From Phoronis australis (lineage: Eukaryota > Animalia > Phoronida), in contig NMRA01000064.1 in NCBI GenBank assembly GCA_002633005.1, forward strand, positions 124,001-188,000: 64,000 nucleotides of DNA, given 5' to 3'. Shown here one piece after another: positions 37,501-50,651 of this stretch. Position numbers and translations under genes: made by a program. The notes below the pieces were generated by a model. It had not been told where the DNA came from, did not search any database, and saw nothing but the letters and a program-made list of their open reading frames with translations. The stretch's first letter is position 1. Every line of letters starts with the position of its first letter.

Positions 37501-40500
37501 TATTGTTACTAAAGTACACGAGAAAAGAACTAAGTTCGTAAGAACTGAATTGCGGTTAATGACAAAAACTACTACTAACAAAAGAAATGCTTAAAGGGAC
37601 ATTACCGTTTTTGCCACAGAAAACGCATTGTGGTATTATTGTTGGATGGGATGGACTTTTTGAAGTTACTAGCTTTTGACCAGCCTAGAGCTTTAAAACA
37701 ATAAAAGCCGTTACGTTTCTGCGATTTTATTACAAATCGCGAATTCCTGCCAGGCATTCGCAAACGTCAAAACTTAAAGGCGAAGGCAACCTTTTTCCAT
37801 GTCATTTTGAGCTAAAATAAGATTGGTTGGTTATCCTAGACATATTTTCCACTTAATTACAGCTTTTCGAAATTTTATAGATTACTCGTCCGCTACTCCG
37901 GAAGTGACGTTTTAGGAGGCAGGCGTTTCCCGCCATTTGGTTTTGCGTTGACTTTACTGTGCGAATCTGTTCTATTCTACTTTTGTTTTGTGCTGTTTTT
38001 CAACAATTGTCGCCACCACTTTCCATCGGCGAGTATTCTGCGGCAAGATAGGTTAGTAGAGAACTCAACTACGTTGGATTTAGGGATTGTTTAGTGTGTT
38101 GTAAGCTGAAAATGGCTGGAGTCGGTGACCCGTATCACAGTGACAGTAAGTGACGGAGACGTTGTTCACAGCAGTGGTGACGAGGAATTTTTTTCACGGA
38201 CATTCAGTGGGTGGGTACATGTTTGAGCCCGAGTATAACGAGGCAGAGTACGCACAGGCACAGACAGCTGTTGAGAGAAACGAGGCGGCAACTGAGGACA
38301 GACGTGGTGACACATCTTGGTGCAAATGCACTGTGTGCGTTGTTATGCCTACCTCAATGGAATGCTTGTGCTGTTCAGAGTTCGACGAGACCAAGACACT
38401 ACTGGCCATGGTTAAGTGGACCTTCGGCATACCACGGACAGAGGAACAACTGTCCCACTTGCCAGAGTGTCCCGCGACATACTCCCACTGGATGGTGACC
38501 TGAGCACCCAAACTTCTTACACCTTGTCGTGTGACTCCCTCGCCACACACCTGGCACCTTCTAAATAGCTCCAACACTTTAGACAAGTCCACAATAAACT
38601 TATCAAAGTTTGGCTCACCGATCTGTTCACTGGACGACGAACTGTCCTCTTCACTGGGTGTCGAACTGAGCCTGTTATCACTCCCACTACTCAATATCGC
38701 TGCAGNNNNNNNNNNNNNNNNNNNNNNNNNNNNNNNNNNNNNNNNNNNNNNNNNNNNNNNNNNNNNNNNNNNNNNNNNNNNNNNNNNNNNNNNNNNNNNN
38801 NNNNNNNNNNNNNNNNNNNNNNNNNNNNNNNNNNNNNNNNNNNNNNNNNNNNNNNNNNNNNNNNNNNNNNNNNNNNNNNNNNNNNNNNNNNNNNNNNNNN
38901 NNNNNNNNNNNNNNNNNNNNNNNNNNNNNNNNNNNNNNNNNNNNNNNNNNNNNNNNNNNNNNNNNNNNNNNNNNNNNNNNNNNNNNNNNNNNNNNNNNNN
39001 NNNNNNNNNNNNNNNNNNNNNNNNNNNNNNNNNNNNNNNNNNNNNNNNNNNNNNNNNCTGTATGAAAAGAAATTGGCGCGAAATGCTTGCCTCCTAAAAC
39101 GTCACTTCCGGAGTAGCGGACGAGTAATTAATAAAATTACGAAAAGCTGTAATTAAGTGGAAAATATGCCTAGGATAACCAACCAACCTTATTTTAGCTC
39201 AAAATGACATGGGAAAAGGTTGCCTTCACCTTTAACAAGTAACGCTTATAATGAACAGTCACTTACACTACAGTGTACGATTTACGACTCGTCAGGGGAG
39301 CGTTTGATCAAGTTTGAGTCCACGGTGGGGCTGATTTTAGAAAACGCTTTCTTCGGCGTTGATGTCACTTTTATGGGATGTAAAAGTTGTTTATGAAAAC
39401 GCGCATGCGCGATGTAAGGGAAGAAGATTTTCAACCCTGTGTAAGTGAAACTGGTTATTGAGAAAAACACATAGGCGTGCCGTAATGGTTTGACATGTTG
39501 CTACCAAAATGTCAATTTGTCAAGCGTACAAACCACTTCCTTCTGTAAAGCTGTGTTAAAAGCAATGTAACCTGTCATAAATTTTACCTAATTATGAAAA
39601 GAGGGGGTTTATTTCCGTTGCCACGAAGACCATACGGGAAATGACTAATCGAAAACGATTCAAGGAGTTATAGAGATGGCCAGACTTTCCAAAAAACAAA
39701 TGGTTCATTTCCAAGTGAGAATTAAAATCGATGCTATCATGGTGAGGAAATGTGAGATTGTGCCTCTAATAGTCAATTTTGAATTTTTAACCATGGCGCT
39801 TTGGGGTTCAAGAACATGACTGTGTTCATCAGATCCTGAATTGTTACCGAATTAGTCGCCGATTTACCGGCAATGAGTACGTCCTGCAATTTTAGGAAAG
39901 GCTAACCCCAACAAACTGTGATGAACCGTTTTCTTGATTCGCCGATATCTTCAATGTTCTTGTTGGTGACGGAAATCAGCTCCAGGAATATTGTGAGATG
40001 GATTTGATAAGCGTTAACTTGAATTTCACCCAATTCAGTTGGTAAAAAACGAAAATCAAACTCTTTAAATAACTAATCAGGCGACAATACACTTGTGGTT
40101 AATGGGTTCACTGTTGGTTACGTCATTCAAACTCTCTCTTTACCGATATCGTCACGCTTATTGGCTATTTCAATATGAATAAAATGACAGCATATTGTGG
40201 TGAATTCCGATATATGTACCTTCCTGGATGGAACTTAATTAATTGACTAATTGGTTAATTAATCAGCCAATGGGTACATGAAAAATTTCATTATTACACT
40301 CTGTTATTTTTCACATTTTTGTAACACTCATGGTTTTTTACAATAAAGAATATTTTTAAACCTGCCAGGTATACAAAATGATAATTATTTATGAGGTAAA
40401 TTTTTTATCTTTTGCTTCTGGTATAATCATACGCCATCGAGAGCTCATGAAGGGCTTTCTAATGATATGACTGTTATGCAATTGGGTTACGGCGGGGTTG

Positions 40501-42139
40501 CGAAAAGTTTTAGTGACAGTAAAGAATTTTTCCCATTGGTCTGGTCTTAAAATATATACATGGTGCATGCTTTTGTTATCGCATTAGATGGTGCTTGGTC
40601 ATGTGGGTACATCTTAAGGAAATTGTAAACGTTTAAATTAATGTAATCCGTCTAAATTAAATTTAGCTTGTTAAATGCATTTATCGTAATTATTTTGACA
40701 CTTGTCTCTTTATTTTGATACCAGTCCTTAGGGTTTATTTTGCATTACTCATCTCTATTTATAGCCGCAAGGGCCTACTTTTGTATTCATACGTTTCTCT
40801 ACGCGACTCCTGATTGGTCGCCCATATTTCCTTTGTTCTGTTCAACGTGGTCTCTCATTCAGCCACCTACCTCGTCGTCTACAAGACCTACATTCGTTCT
40901 CTTCATTTTTCCCCACCCCCCATCCACTTTCTCTTTGCTCATATACATTTCCTGTTAGGTTTTTTCAAGTTTTGTGTTCATGTTCTGTACTTTTCCTTTA
41001 AGCCCTTCAGGCAGTTCTTTTGTTTTGTTCCCTCTTTCCGTACTATTCATTGTACACGCCGGTGGGCGTTTTATCCATGCCCATCTTGCAGAGTCTTAGT
41101 TAGTTTTATCTATTGACGTCATAATAAATGACAATATTCCCAATCCTCCTCTTGTTTTACTTTGCAACATAGCTCGTGGCGTACCCCGGGCAAAATAGAT
41201 TACGATAAATGCTTTACGTTGCGTTTACCAGCTGGCCAGCTGTTGTACCCTCTACCGCCTTCCTGAATCACGGAATCGCAAGCAGATAATCCTCTGTTTG
41301 ACAATTTTTGGGACCATTAGAACGTATAATGTTCCAAAAATATACATAAAACTTGTTCGGAAAACTGTTCGATGATTATTCTTCTGGGACTACTTCGTTT
41401 GTACTAAACGAACATTGCAGCCTAAGCCTTCTATATTCCATAGCAAGAAACTACACCGCAACAAACGAATGCAAACAACTCTCACGAATGCGCGGCGCAA
41501 ACTCAGTTGCGGGAGGTCGAATTTGGCATTCCATTTCTTCAGTTATNGTGTGTGTGTGTGTGTGTGTGTAATCAAATTAGCCTAGTATGTTGTGCACAAC
41601 GTTAACTTTATTTACAGTTGGCTTATTGGACTAGTGTTTTCGAAAAGAAGTTACTCTCAGAAAAGATGAAAAAGCAACGGCAGGCAGTTTCTAAGAAACG
41701 GAAAAGTAAAAAGACGGCTGCAAAAACAACCCCTAAGCCTGTGTCACCGCCGCAACAGCACAGTTTGTACGTCGAACGTTCTCCAACCATGCCCTCTGTC
41801 AGCAAGTCGAAAGAAGACCACGAGGAAAATTCGAATAGGTTTTTTAAACCAATTGAACCGAGAGATTTCGCCGAAAAGCTGTTTCAGTCATTGTATGATT
41901 TTGTGATCCGGAAAGAAGAAATAACAACAAGCTTTGGCTTTTATACAGTGAAGTCACTAACAATTGAAAGGAAAACTGTCCCTGCGATACCTGTTGAACC
42001 GTCGCCTAAAAAATGTGCACAGACTACGTGCTCGACTGAAACAGTATCGGATTCAGTTTTGCGGAACGTTGCCAGCAGCAAGCCTCAAGAATTAAGCACA
42101 AGCTCACTGGGAGAGCCCAAAAGATTGTCAATTCCATAA
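28534..42139 (+). CDS. Uncharacterised Ser/Lys-rich protein, 8 exons, about 852 aa
   Basis: Exons 28534-28957, 30254-30347, 31285-32064, 33224-33411, 35491-35613, 35709-35895, 36871-37111, 41618-42139. Every junction is GT-AG and phases chain without stops (1,2,2,1,1,2,0). AATAAA at 42168. Confidence 0.75.
33739..35105 (+). mobile_element. 5'-truncated, degenerate L1/Tx1-type non-LTR retrotransposon
   Basis: ORF2 C-terminal remnants (FKFIWNNK..R.KR, FWNEVL..W, LWHN..I, GVLFINDL, RLLHRILVTN, CTFC....ETVDH...EC zinc knuckle), A-rich tail at ~35081-35103, and 16-bp TSD AAGAATTGTACGATGA at 33723-33738 and 35106-35121. Confidence 0.9.
37778..39231. mobile_element. Internally deleted Kolobok-type DNA transposon
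   Basis: ~160-bp TIRs (AGGCGAAGGCAACCTTTT... / ...AAAAGGTTGCCTTCACCT) with TTAA on both sides (37774-37777, 39232-39235). Plus-strand remnant YMFEPEY...WCKCTVCVVMPTSMECLCCSE and minus-strand remnant KFIVDLSKVLELFRRCQVCG...GHSGKWDS. Contains N-gap 38706-39057. Confidence 0.8.
41548..41569. repeat. (GT)n microsatellite at a contig join
   Basis: GT run preceded by a single N at 41547. Confidence 0.8.
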
Positions 42140-42866
42140 CATCATTGGTCAAAAGTAATTTCCTCGAAATAAAAGCAAATCACATCCAAATTATTACTTT
42201 TTCCATAATACATAACAACATCACAGAACAAAAAGATTGGACATTGCTTCCGAAAATTCAAAACTCTGGCGTTTTCGAGGTTTATTGTACGTAAAATAAA
42301 TATCAAAACCATGAACAAAAGGAAAATTGGCGTTGTTACGGAAACAGCAATGATTGAAGCAGTGTTATCGGTGAAAACGTTATCATAAAATAAAAATTGA
42401 TTTTTATTTGTTATACTAAGAAAAACATTCAGACTGTAGTTTCAAGAGCTCTGTAGTTGTATTGAAAGGATACTAAATTCGGTTTTTGCCCTATTACAGA
42501 TATGAACAACGACCTTCCCATCCAGGTCTCAAAAACAAGCTACTCTGTAAACCTCGTCAAGCGTGGAAGAAATTTGAAAACTTACAAAGTCTGCTAAATA
42601 GACAAGCGTGACCTACGTTTTAGGCCAGTTACACGACAATTGTAGGGAAATACCACCCACCAAGAACCGTGAACCGTGCTATCCATTCTGTGACACGGTG
42701 ATTAGACCAATTTTTAATTGAATTCCGCTTTTATCACTCAAATGAGACACCAATGATGCATTAGCAAGGAACAGAACGATGATTGGTTGAAACCGACAAA
42801 GCAAGGTTTAGTATCCTTTCAGCAAACAGTAACGGAAAGTGACTTTATATGACGGTGTCAAACATT

Positions 42867-44949
42867 TTAAATTCTTCCCAGCGCTCTCAACTGGTCGAAT
42901 TTTTCCACTTCCTTGTAAAAAGGAATTAATTTCTCGTCCATGAAACTTGGATAAGAAATTTGGTCTGCATCGTCATTGTTGTTAGGTGGGCATAATGTAT
43001 TTTCTACTTCTGCCAAAACATCATGGCGCCGGATGTTTTTAAGCGCTAACTTTAGATCATCGAGTTTTGCCCTCGTGTGAAATCGTCGCCATTTTGTCAA
43101 GCATTTGCTTGCTTGTACACTTGGTGCATCCCGCACGTGACTCTTGATGTCATCGATGTCTGATTGGACAGTATTTATACCACGCGTTGGGTGGAATGGT
43201 AGACAGAAATAGAGCGGAACCCAGTCGCCTTCGATGTTCTCAGCGATAACTTTACAAGCCAAGTCAAAATCTGTAGTTACTTCTGGAATGAAAAATAAAA
43301 TAAACATAAACACTTGGAGCCAACTCGCAACGGGATATGTCGCAATGTTTAACAAGAAACTTACAAACAACTAACAGAACATTTTGACAATGCAATATAC
43401 CAAATCCATAGCGTTTAATTGGTTTGTAATCATGTTTCGTTGGGGAGCAGCTGAGCTCGTTCTGATATTGCAAAATAAGCGCTATATTGCAGGCGTCACG
43501 ATGCAGAATGTTACCTGTGATCAAATAGCGTTACTGTACCACGTTTAGTTTTGAAAGCTACGTGCCATTTAACTCACCTTCTTTCTGGCTCTCAGCTCCT
43601 TTGCTGATGGGAGTAAGAGTATTGTAGAAGATTTTTCTCACTGTATCGGGACACGTTTTCAATAAATATATACGCTTTGCCATTTCTAAAGTTTCACAAA
43701 GCGTCGCGTATTCTTCTTCAATCTCCAATTTATGTTCTTCCTTGTCGCCAACAATTTTACGCAGATCAAAACTCTTCTCTTCCAATGCTTCCAAGTGCTT
43801 TCGTTTCCCATTACTCCAATCTAGTCTGAGTTGAATTGTATTGAAACGCTTTTGCTTTTGCGGAAGTTCTTCGGCAATTCTCGCGAGATCGTTCGTCAAC
43901 TCCGTGTATGTCTCGTTCCACGCATCTGGATGGTACACTGCTACGTTTCTTTGGAGCTCTGCCAACCTGAACTCTTTAATGCTACTATCTAACTTCATAT
44001 CGCTTAGTTCTGTTGTCAGAATTTCCTGTTCAATCAATAATTCAATCTCTTTTTCTTGCAAGTTCATTAACTCCTTTTCAACCACCCTACTTTCAATTTC
44101 CAGTTGATGCACCTGGTATTGTATCTGATGAGTTTTAGTTTGTATTTCTCTGATGTAGTCAATCTTCTTCAGTTTATCTCTCTCCATGTCCTTGACGTCG
44201 TTCTTCAGAAATGTCTCGTACAACTCATCACTTTTTAACCACTGATTAATGGCATCAATCGCGTCTCTTATATTCTCGCACACTTCGGGGAAAATTAGGA
44301 GAAACAGCAAGTTCTCGGCTTCTGCCTTTATGGCAATGTCCTTGGAGTTAGCACCAAACATTCCAAGGTGAAGTGCACCGTCCTTAAATAACCCAGGAAG
44401 AAGATTTATCGTTTCTAGTATGTGGCTGATGTTCACAATCCAGTTGCGAATGGACTGAAAATAATCGTTGCAGGTACTAAGGGGCGGTTGAACAGCCGGG
44501 TCATAAAATGGAAGGCAGTATTTTTCAAGAAATTTCAAAATCTGACTAATCTCACTTTTTATGGCATCAAATTTTCCAGGAACATAGTCTAACACCTTTC
44601 CGTAGCTTTTTTTCACCTTGAGCAAGCCAAAGTTTGTTTTATTAAACGCGTCTCTTTCGGATAAACGTTTTGTCACGTTTTCAACGTGAGTCGGCGATAC
44701 TATTTGAGAGATCTGTAATGTTTTCATGGCCGATTGTAGTGTGGACACGTTGTTTTTTACTTCTTTAAGTGAACGCCCCTTTTGTTCGTTTCCATAGTAG
44801 GCCTTCTCCAAACCGCGCAGTTTGCTAATGACATTGTTCACGGAACGAGTGAGTGCCTTGCGGACGAATTCCATGGACTTTGGTGGTGAAGCTGCCTTCT
44901 CCAGTGACGTCGCGTCAGGAAACAATGAAACTCTTGCGAAAAGAGCCAT
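42867..44949 (-). CDS. Coiled-coil protein with C-terminal death-domain-like fold, 2 coding exons, about 595 aa
   Basis: Exons 44949-43578 (MALFARVS..., donor g|GTGAGT) and 43282-42867 (acceptor ttccag), phase 1. Long E/K/L heptad region; terminal exon FDLACKVIAENIEGDWVPLY...QASKCLTKWRR..TRAKLDDLKLALKNIRRHDVLAEV matches the death-domain pattern. Confidence 0.8.
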
Positions 44950-46341
44950 TTTTGTTTTAAGTTTACCCAAAACTTTCAAACACCTAAAAAAGAAAAGGTA
45001 GCATAATAATCTGCTAAATGTATCAATTTACACAAGTTATTCAATCAACTCCTTTCGGGAGATAAGATTACACCTGAAGATGAATTGTTGTTTGGTTATT
45101 TTAGTAGTATTAAGATTCGTACTACAAGAACATGTTTTATTATAACTGTACTTATTTTCATTGTCAGGATATAGATTTCAGAAATACGCCACCCAATTTA
45201 CACTACTTCTGCCATTGCTAAAACTAACGATATTGTTACGTAATATCTAATTGTTACAGTTGACCTAATACCACTTTTATTACATTGGTGAAATAACATG
45301 ACTTTCAACTGACAGTGTTCTAAATCGATTCTAATTAAGAGACTCTAGCATACTGCAATAATATGAGGCGCGACTACTGTCTGTGTGTCGGAGCTCTCTG
45401 TGCTACTTAGTATCGTTCCGTACACCCGTGTGTAAACAGTGGACGTAGCAAAACTAAGAAGCACCGTGTGCTGGGTTTACACGAATTAACTCAAAGCCTA
45501 ATGCTCGCATTTGAATAAGTGTCTCTGGTGTATAACTTGGGACCAAAATTTTATAACAGATGGTCCTCCCGGTGTTCTCAGCAAGTTAGAAATGACTACA
45601 ATTTTCATTTTTGTGAATCGAAGAATATGAATTTACTTTTCAGTTAAGTAGTAGCCGGGGCCTGCCGGCTTCATCATGAAGTAAATATTCCATGTCAAAG
45701 CACGTCTTGTCCACTCAGAGATTTCAGCAAGCCTATATATAGTGCAGTGATTAAGGGGTAAGGCAGCCGCTTTTTGATGTTACCTTTACTAAAATTACAG
45801 ATCTTTGGTTATCTGTTTACAATTGCCCTGGCGTGTATTTACTATCCATGGAACAACAGAAAGTGAAGTAAACGGTCCAGAAAACGGCTCACATCTTGAT
45901 TCTGCATTCACTGCTTGACTGAGCCAAATGTCCGACTCACGGAGCGTTTCTGTTATTCGTGACTGCTGAATCATTGGACGCTAATGCTGGCTTTTTGTTG
46001 GGCCGTTTACCGCACTTTCTGGTGTTGCATAGCAAGAAAATAAGGTAACACAAAAAGAATGGCCATGCTTGCACGACCAGGCAAAACCCGTTGAGAACTG
46101 TGTAATGCCTTCTGCAATATTGACCCGAATGACACGCGCTCCTAGCGATCCTAGCTGCGAGAACAAATATACAGTTTGGAACAAACAAGCATTTCCATCG
46201 GGAGGCTGTCCTTCGTTTACTGATAATGACCTATCATAGGCAGGTTAGGTTATTGTTGATTCGCAACGTTACACAAATCTGAATGAAACGTTCTTTATTT
46301 TCAGTGCAGGACGCCTGGTCGAAAATGACGTAAATCAATGC

Positions 46342-46396
46342 ATAAAATTTTACGGTTTTAGCCAGTAACTTACTGGCTAAAACCGTAAAATTTTAT
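46342..46396. repeat. Perfect palindrome, 27-bp arms with 1-nt spacer
   Basis: ataaaattttacggttttagccagtaa-c-ttactggctaaaaccgtaaaattttat. Confidence 0.95.
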
Positions 46397-49300
46397 TTTT
46401 GTTGAACAAAGCATGTCGAGTGGCGATTTCATCAGAAATTTAGGGGGTGCTACGATATACATTTCCCTACTCAGTCTCGAAATTTGGTGGAGATCCGTGC
46501 GGGCTGATTTTTTCAGTTTTTCTGTGAGAGCAGCGTCGGCGATCGAATGGAAACGCTCTCTGTCTACGCTGTGGACTAAACGGGAATATTTCGTAAATAA
46601 CAGTCCTCTATTTTGCGTTTTTACTTTTAATTGTTCCTTGCTTCTTTGTTAGAGAGTGAAACAGGAAGCAACGTACAGAGGATTGCATACTTTTCTTTAA
46701 ACCAAAACTTACTTTCATTTGTCTGCCATTATTACATCCCGCTGTCCGGAATGAAGAGTGGGTATATGCAATAACTTAAATATGACTGTTCTAAATGATT
46801 GCTCTGAATAAATAATGGCGTCTTTTATTTCTGACTGATCACACACTGTGTGTTTGCTCACCAGATAACGAAAGGCTGTCATGACTGCACAAGATGTTAA
46901 GCATGTCTAGCGATAACTATAGGTTTTCGATGTTTTTTTCAGTTCGACAAGGTGTGAAGTTATCATCTCAATAACAGCGTTGTAATACGTACACTTCATG
47001 TGGGCAAACATGTCTAAACAGTTACTTTTTGTTACTGCCAGTATGAATTATTCCTGCATCCCAAATTCCAAATTGCATAGAATGCAACAATTAAGGGATA
47101 CTCTTTAAAACATCGCAGTCAATGTGTACATGCGCCATATTGGAATCTTGCATTTTAGGGTTGGCTAACCCTAATAAATTCTGAAGCATTTTCCCGAGTC
47201 GATGGTTCCGATGTTCGTGTGGGCTTGAGACGGAAATTTAATCCTGTCACGGTAAGGAATCTCACGAGACCGATTTTATGAAACTAAAAGTGCCAATTTA
47301 TTTCGTCTGTACATTAAAACACGTTAACGAGCGGTTCTAGAGCAAACCACGGAGGCGTGGACCAAATAAATACACCAGAATCGACCAAGTCAAGAGAAAC
47401 TGTGAAAAAGTCTACTACATTGCATAATACGTGATTCGACACCTGTAAGCTAAAATTAGAAATGAGACGTCTCGCCTCCATTCTTTACAGCAGGAAGATA
47501 TTTGTGAAGCGCTAAAAGATTCCAGTGCGAGTAGCACAAGATCTGTAGCAAGATTATGACGTGTTCATTTTATGTCTTGCGAACTACAACGGAATATGGA
47601 AGACAAGGGGAATTACAAAATGCCTAACTTTGAACTAAAATAAATGTTTAACACTGTTTTCCTTCTGACAAACATTGGCCATATATGTTTGCTGGAAACA
47701 ACGGAAGAATGTTAATCGTCGTGAGTCAACACATTTTTGGAGAACAGTCGTTTAGACTACAGAGACTCGAAACATTACTGCGTTGTTGAGACCTGTGCTA
47801 GCTAAAAATCTTGTAATAAACAAGTTATAATGTTGAATTTACCCGTGAGTTTTACTAGCTGATTACAATAGTTCGGGTGTCTGTCATAACAATAGGACGA
47901 TTGAATCATCCATAGATACTAAGCTAGCTAAACACACAAGGGTGAACAAACATGTATTCGTGCGAACTCAGTTTTCAAAACACGACTCGACATTCCAGCC
48001 AACTCAGGAAGCAGGGGTAATAGATTTTCTATTGTGCTAAACATCGATAATGTTTTTTTCAAGCACTTGGAAACCGTTTAACATAAAGGCTTGTAGAACG
48101 GATAGGAAATACATTCATGGAAAACGAATACACTATAGGACGTCGTTTTTAACATGGATTTTATTAGAACACCAACAGTTGCTCCGAGTGATTCTTTATC
48201 GTTCAAGACGAATTAGTTTTTTACAGACTTCCAGGAGTCAGTATTTCTGTGATTGAATTCTGATTCAAACTCGAATGAACAAGACTTGTAGTGGTGCTCT
48301 GCTGACTGAGACACTTGGTAATGAGTACCGTTGTTCTATGGTAAATATAACGATTAGGAGCGTATGATTGACACAGGCGTATAATGCCTCGTACCTGGAA
48401 AAGGCAACCCCGTCCATAAATAATTTGCTCAAACCAGTATACAACCACCTCTAAAATAAAAACCACTCAGTTCCAAAACAAGACTAACATCAGTATCCTA
48501 CCTTTAAAATAAAATGATCACATCATCTGAATACGAAAGTGAGAAACAACATGAGCTGGTGGCGTGTAGGGTGAGACACGCTGGCCAGATATCAGTCTAG
48601 GTTCTCTTCAACATTTACGTAGTCTATTAGACAAATGTTTGATTGGCCTTACTTTTTAAAGAGTTAAAAAGCGGTGACAACGGATAGACATCACAGGTGA
48701 CAAACTCACTTGAAATCTATTTTTGTGGTCCAATGACGTTGAGCAGCTAACGAGGGTTTGTCATTTCGAGCTCAACGACATACACCAGCGACGAGGCTTA
48801 CGACAAATAAAGCCGGGAATGGATTTCCAACAAGACTTAGTAAATCTAAATCCCGTTTATGAGAACTTGAAGCTTTATTTTAACATACCTGTCGTCGAAG
48901 TTGATATGTTAGGGATTATCCATCACTTATCCGGGTTAATTCTTGATAACGTATCTTCAGTGTGTTGGCGATGCCATGACAATGTCTCTCCGTGTACACA
49001 GGACTGGCCTCAGTTAATAATACGGCTACTCTATTTACACGGGACCCACGGCGAGCACAGAACCCGAGTATTCTATTTATCATTGATAATAAGCTTTGAG
49101 GAGACGTATCAATACACCTCACAAAAGCTATATTAAATAAACAACACGCCACCTAGTGAGTAAGTTGTGTTGTCAAGGGCAGTTGAATAAACACAATCGT
49201 CGGACAACAAATGCAGGAAAGAATTTCAAATGAAGCGTTAAAAAATCCACACAGTTTTCTACGCTATTTTTGAATTAGGGCAATACGGACAATATTTGGA

Positions 49301-49733
49301 GTGGCACAGAATTAAAGATTAATATTTGCTTTACAGGCAAACATAACCCCAGGTCATATCCACTCGAGAACATTAATCACGTCTCAGACGTATTCTCGCA
49401 TTCAATAACATATGGATATCCGCCGCCTAATGGAACCTTAATGTATAGGTCTTTAGCGAGATAATATCTTGCTAATCGCTTTTAATATAATGCAAAACTG
49501 ACTTTGATTATAAATCCACTTGAAAATTAGTTCACCCATGAAGTTGTTTTTGCAACTCTCTGAATAATGTCAAAAGTTGTGAACAGTCGTGTGTGCTTTT
49601 ATGTACTATTAAAAGGTATACGTGTAATAATCCAGTTGTTCTAATGTTTCTTACGTCATAAATCAGGAATATAAAACACTATTTCACCACTTCATCATCA
49701 ATCATATCGAAATGTGTCACGGTATGACTGACA

Positions 49734-50486
49734 GATCATTTCACAGACACAACACCGTCCTTTAAAGGAACTCAACCAAGTACGTGTACCCTGCTTATTC
49801 CATTTGCAACGGAAATCAGTCGACGACAGTCATTTCTGCGGTCACACTCACCATCACCCTGACCTCCGCCATAATCTTCACCACTACCACCGCCACAATC
49901 ATCACCATCACTATCACCACCACTACGCCACTTCCATCCAACAATACCACCACCATCTGCATCATCATCAGATATCAAATTCATAGCAAACAGAAAAAGA
50001 AAACATGCTACTGTATTATTTTACATGTAAGCATACATGTATGTTTCAGTAAAGTAAACAAAAATTGTTAATTTATTTCTTATTTATTTAAAAATACACC
50101 CAATCAANACATATCATTTCACAGACACAACACCGTCCTGTAAAGGAACTCAACCAAGTACGTGTACCCTGCTTATTCCATTTGCAACGGAAATCAGTCG
50201 ACGACAGTCATTTCTGCGGTCACACTCACCATCACCCTGACCTCCGCCATAATCTTCACCAATACCACCGCCACAATCATCACCATCACTATCACCACCA
50301 CTACGCCACTTCCATCCAACAATACCACCACCATCTGCATCATCATCAGATATCAAATTCATAGCAAACAGAAAAAGAAAACATGCTACTGTATTATTTT
50401 ACATGTAAGCATACATGTATGTTTCACTAAAGTAAACAAAAATTGTTAATTTATTTCTTATTTATTTAAAAATACACCCAATCAAC
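49734..50486. repeat. 378-bp-period near-identical tandem duplication around a single N (probable assembly overlap)
   Basis: 49734-50107 repeats at 50112-50485 with a few substitutions; N at 50108 lies at the junction. Confidence 0.85.
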
Positions 50487-50651
50487 AGAAGAAATTTTTA
50501 ATACAAAAGCGAACCGTAGTTATGAATTCTGAAATCTGAAGACATTTTAATTGAATCTTGATTGCTCGTCATACGCTCCTCAGTAGGTTATAAATACAAC
50601 ATCTAACAAAGACAAGAATGTACAACAGTAATCGCTGACCCTCCTAAGAAG

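Noticed and set aside
49734-50486. Biological tandem duplication downstream of the giant gene
   Set aside because: Near-identical copies joined at a single N indicate overlapping contig ends or two haplotypes.
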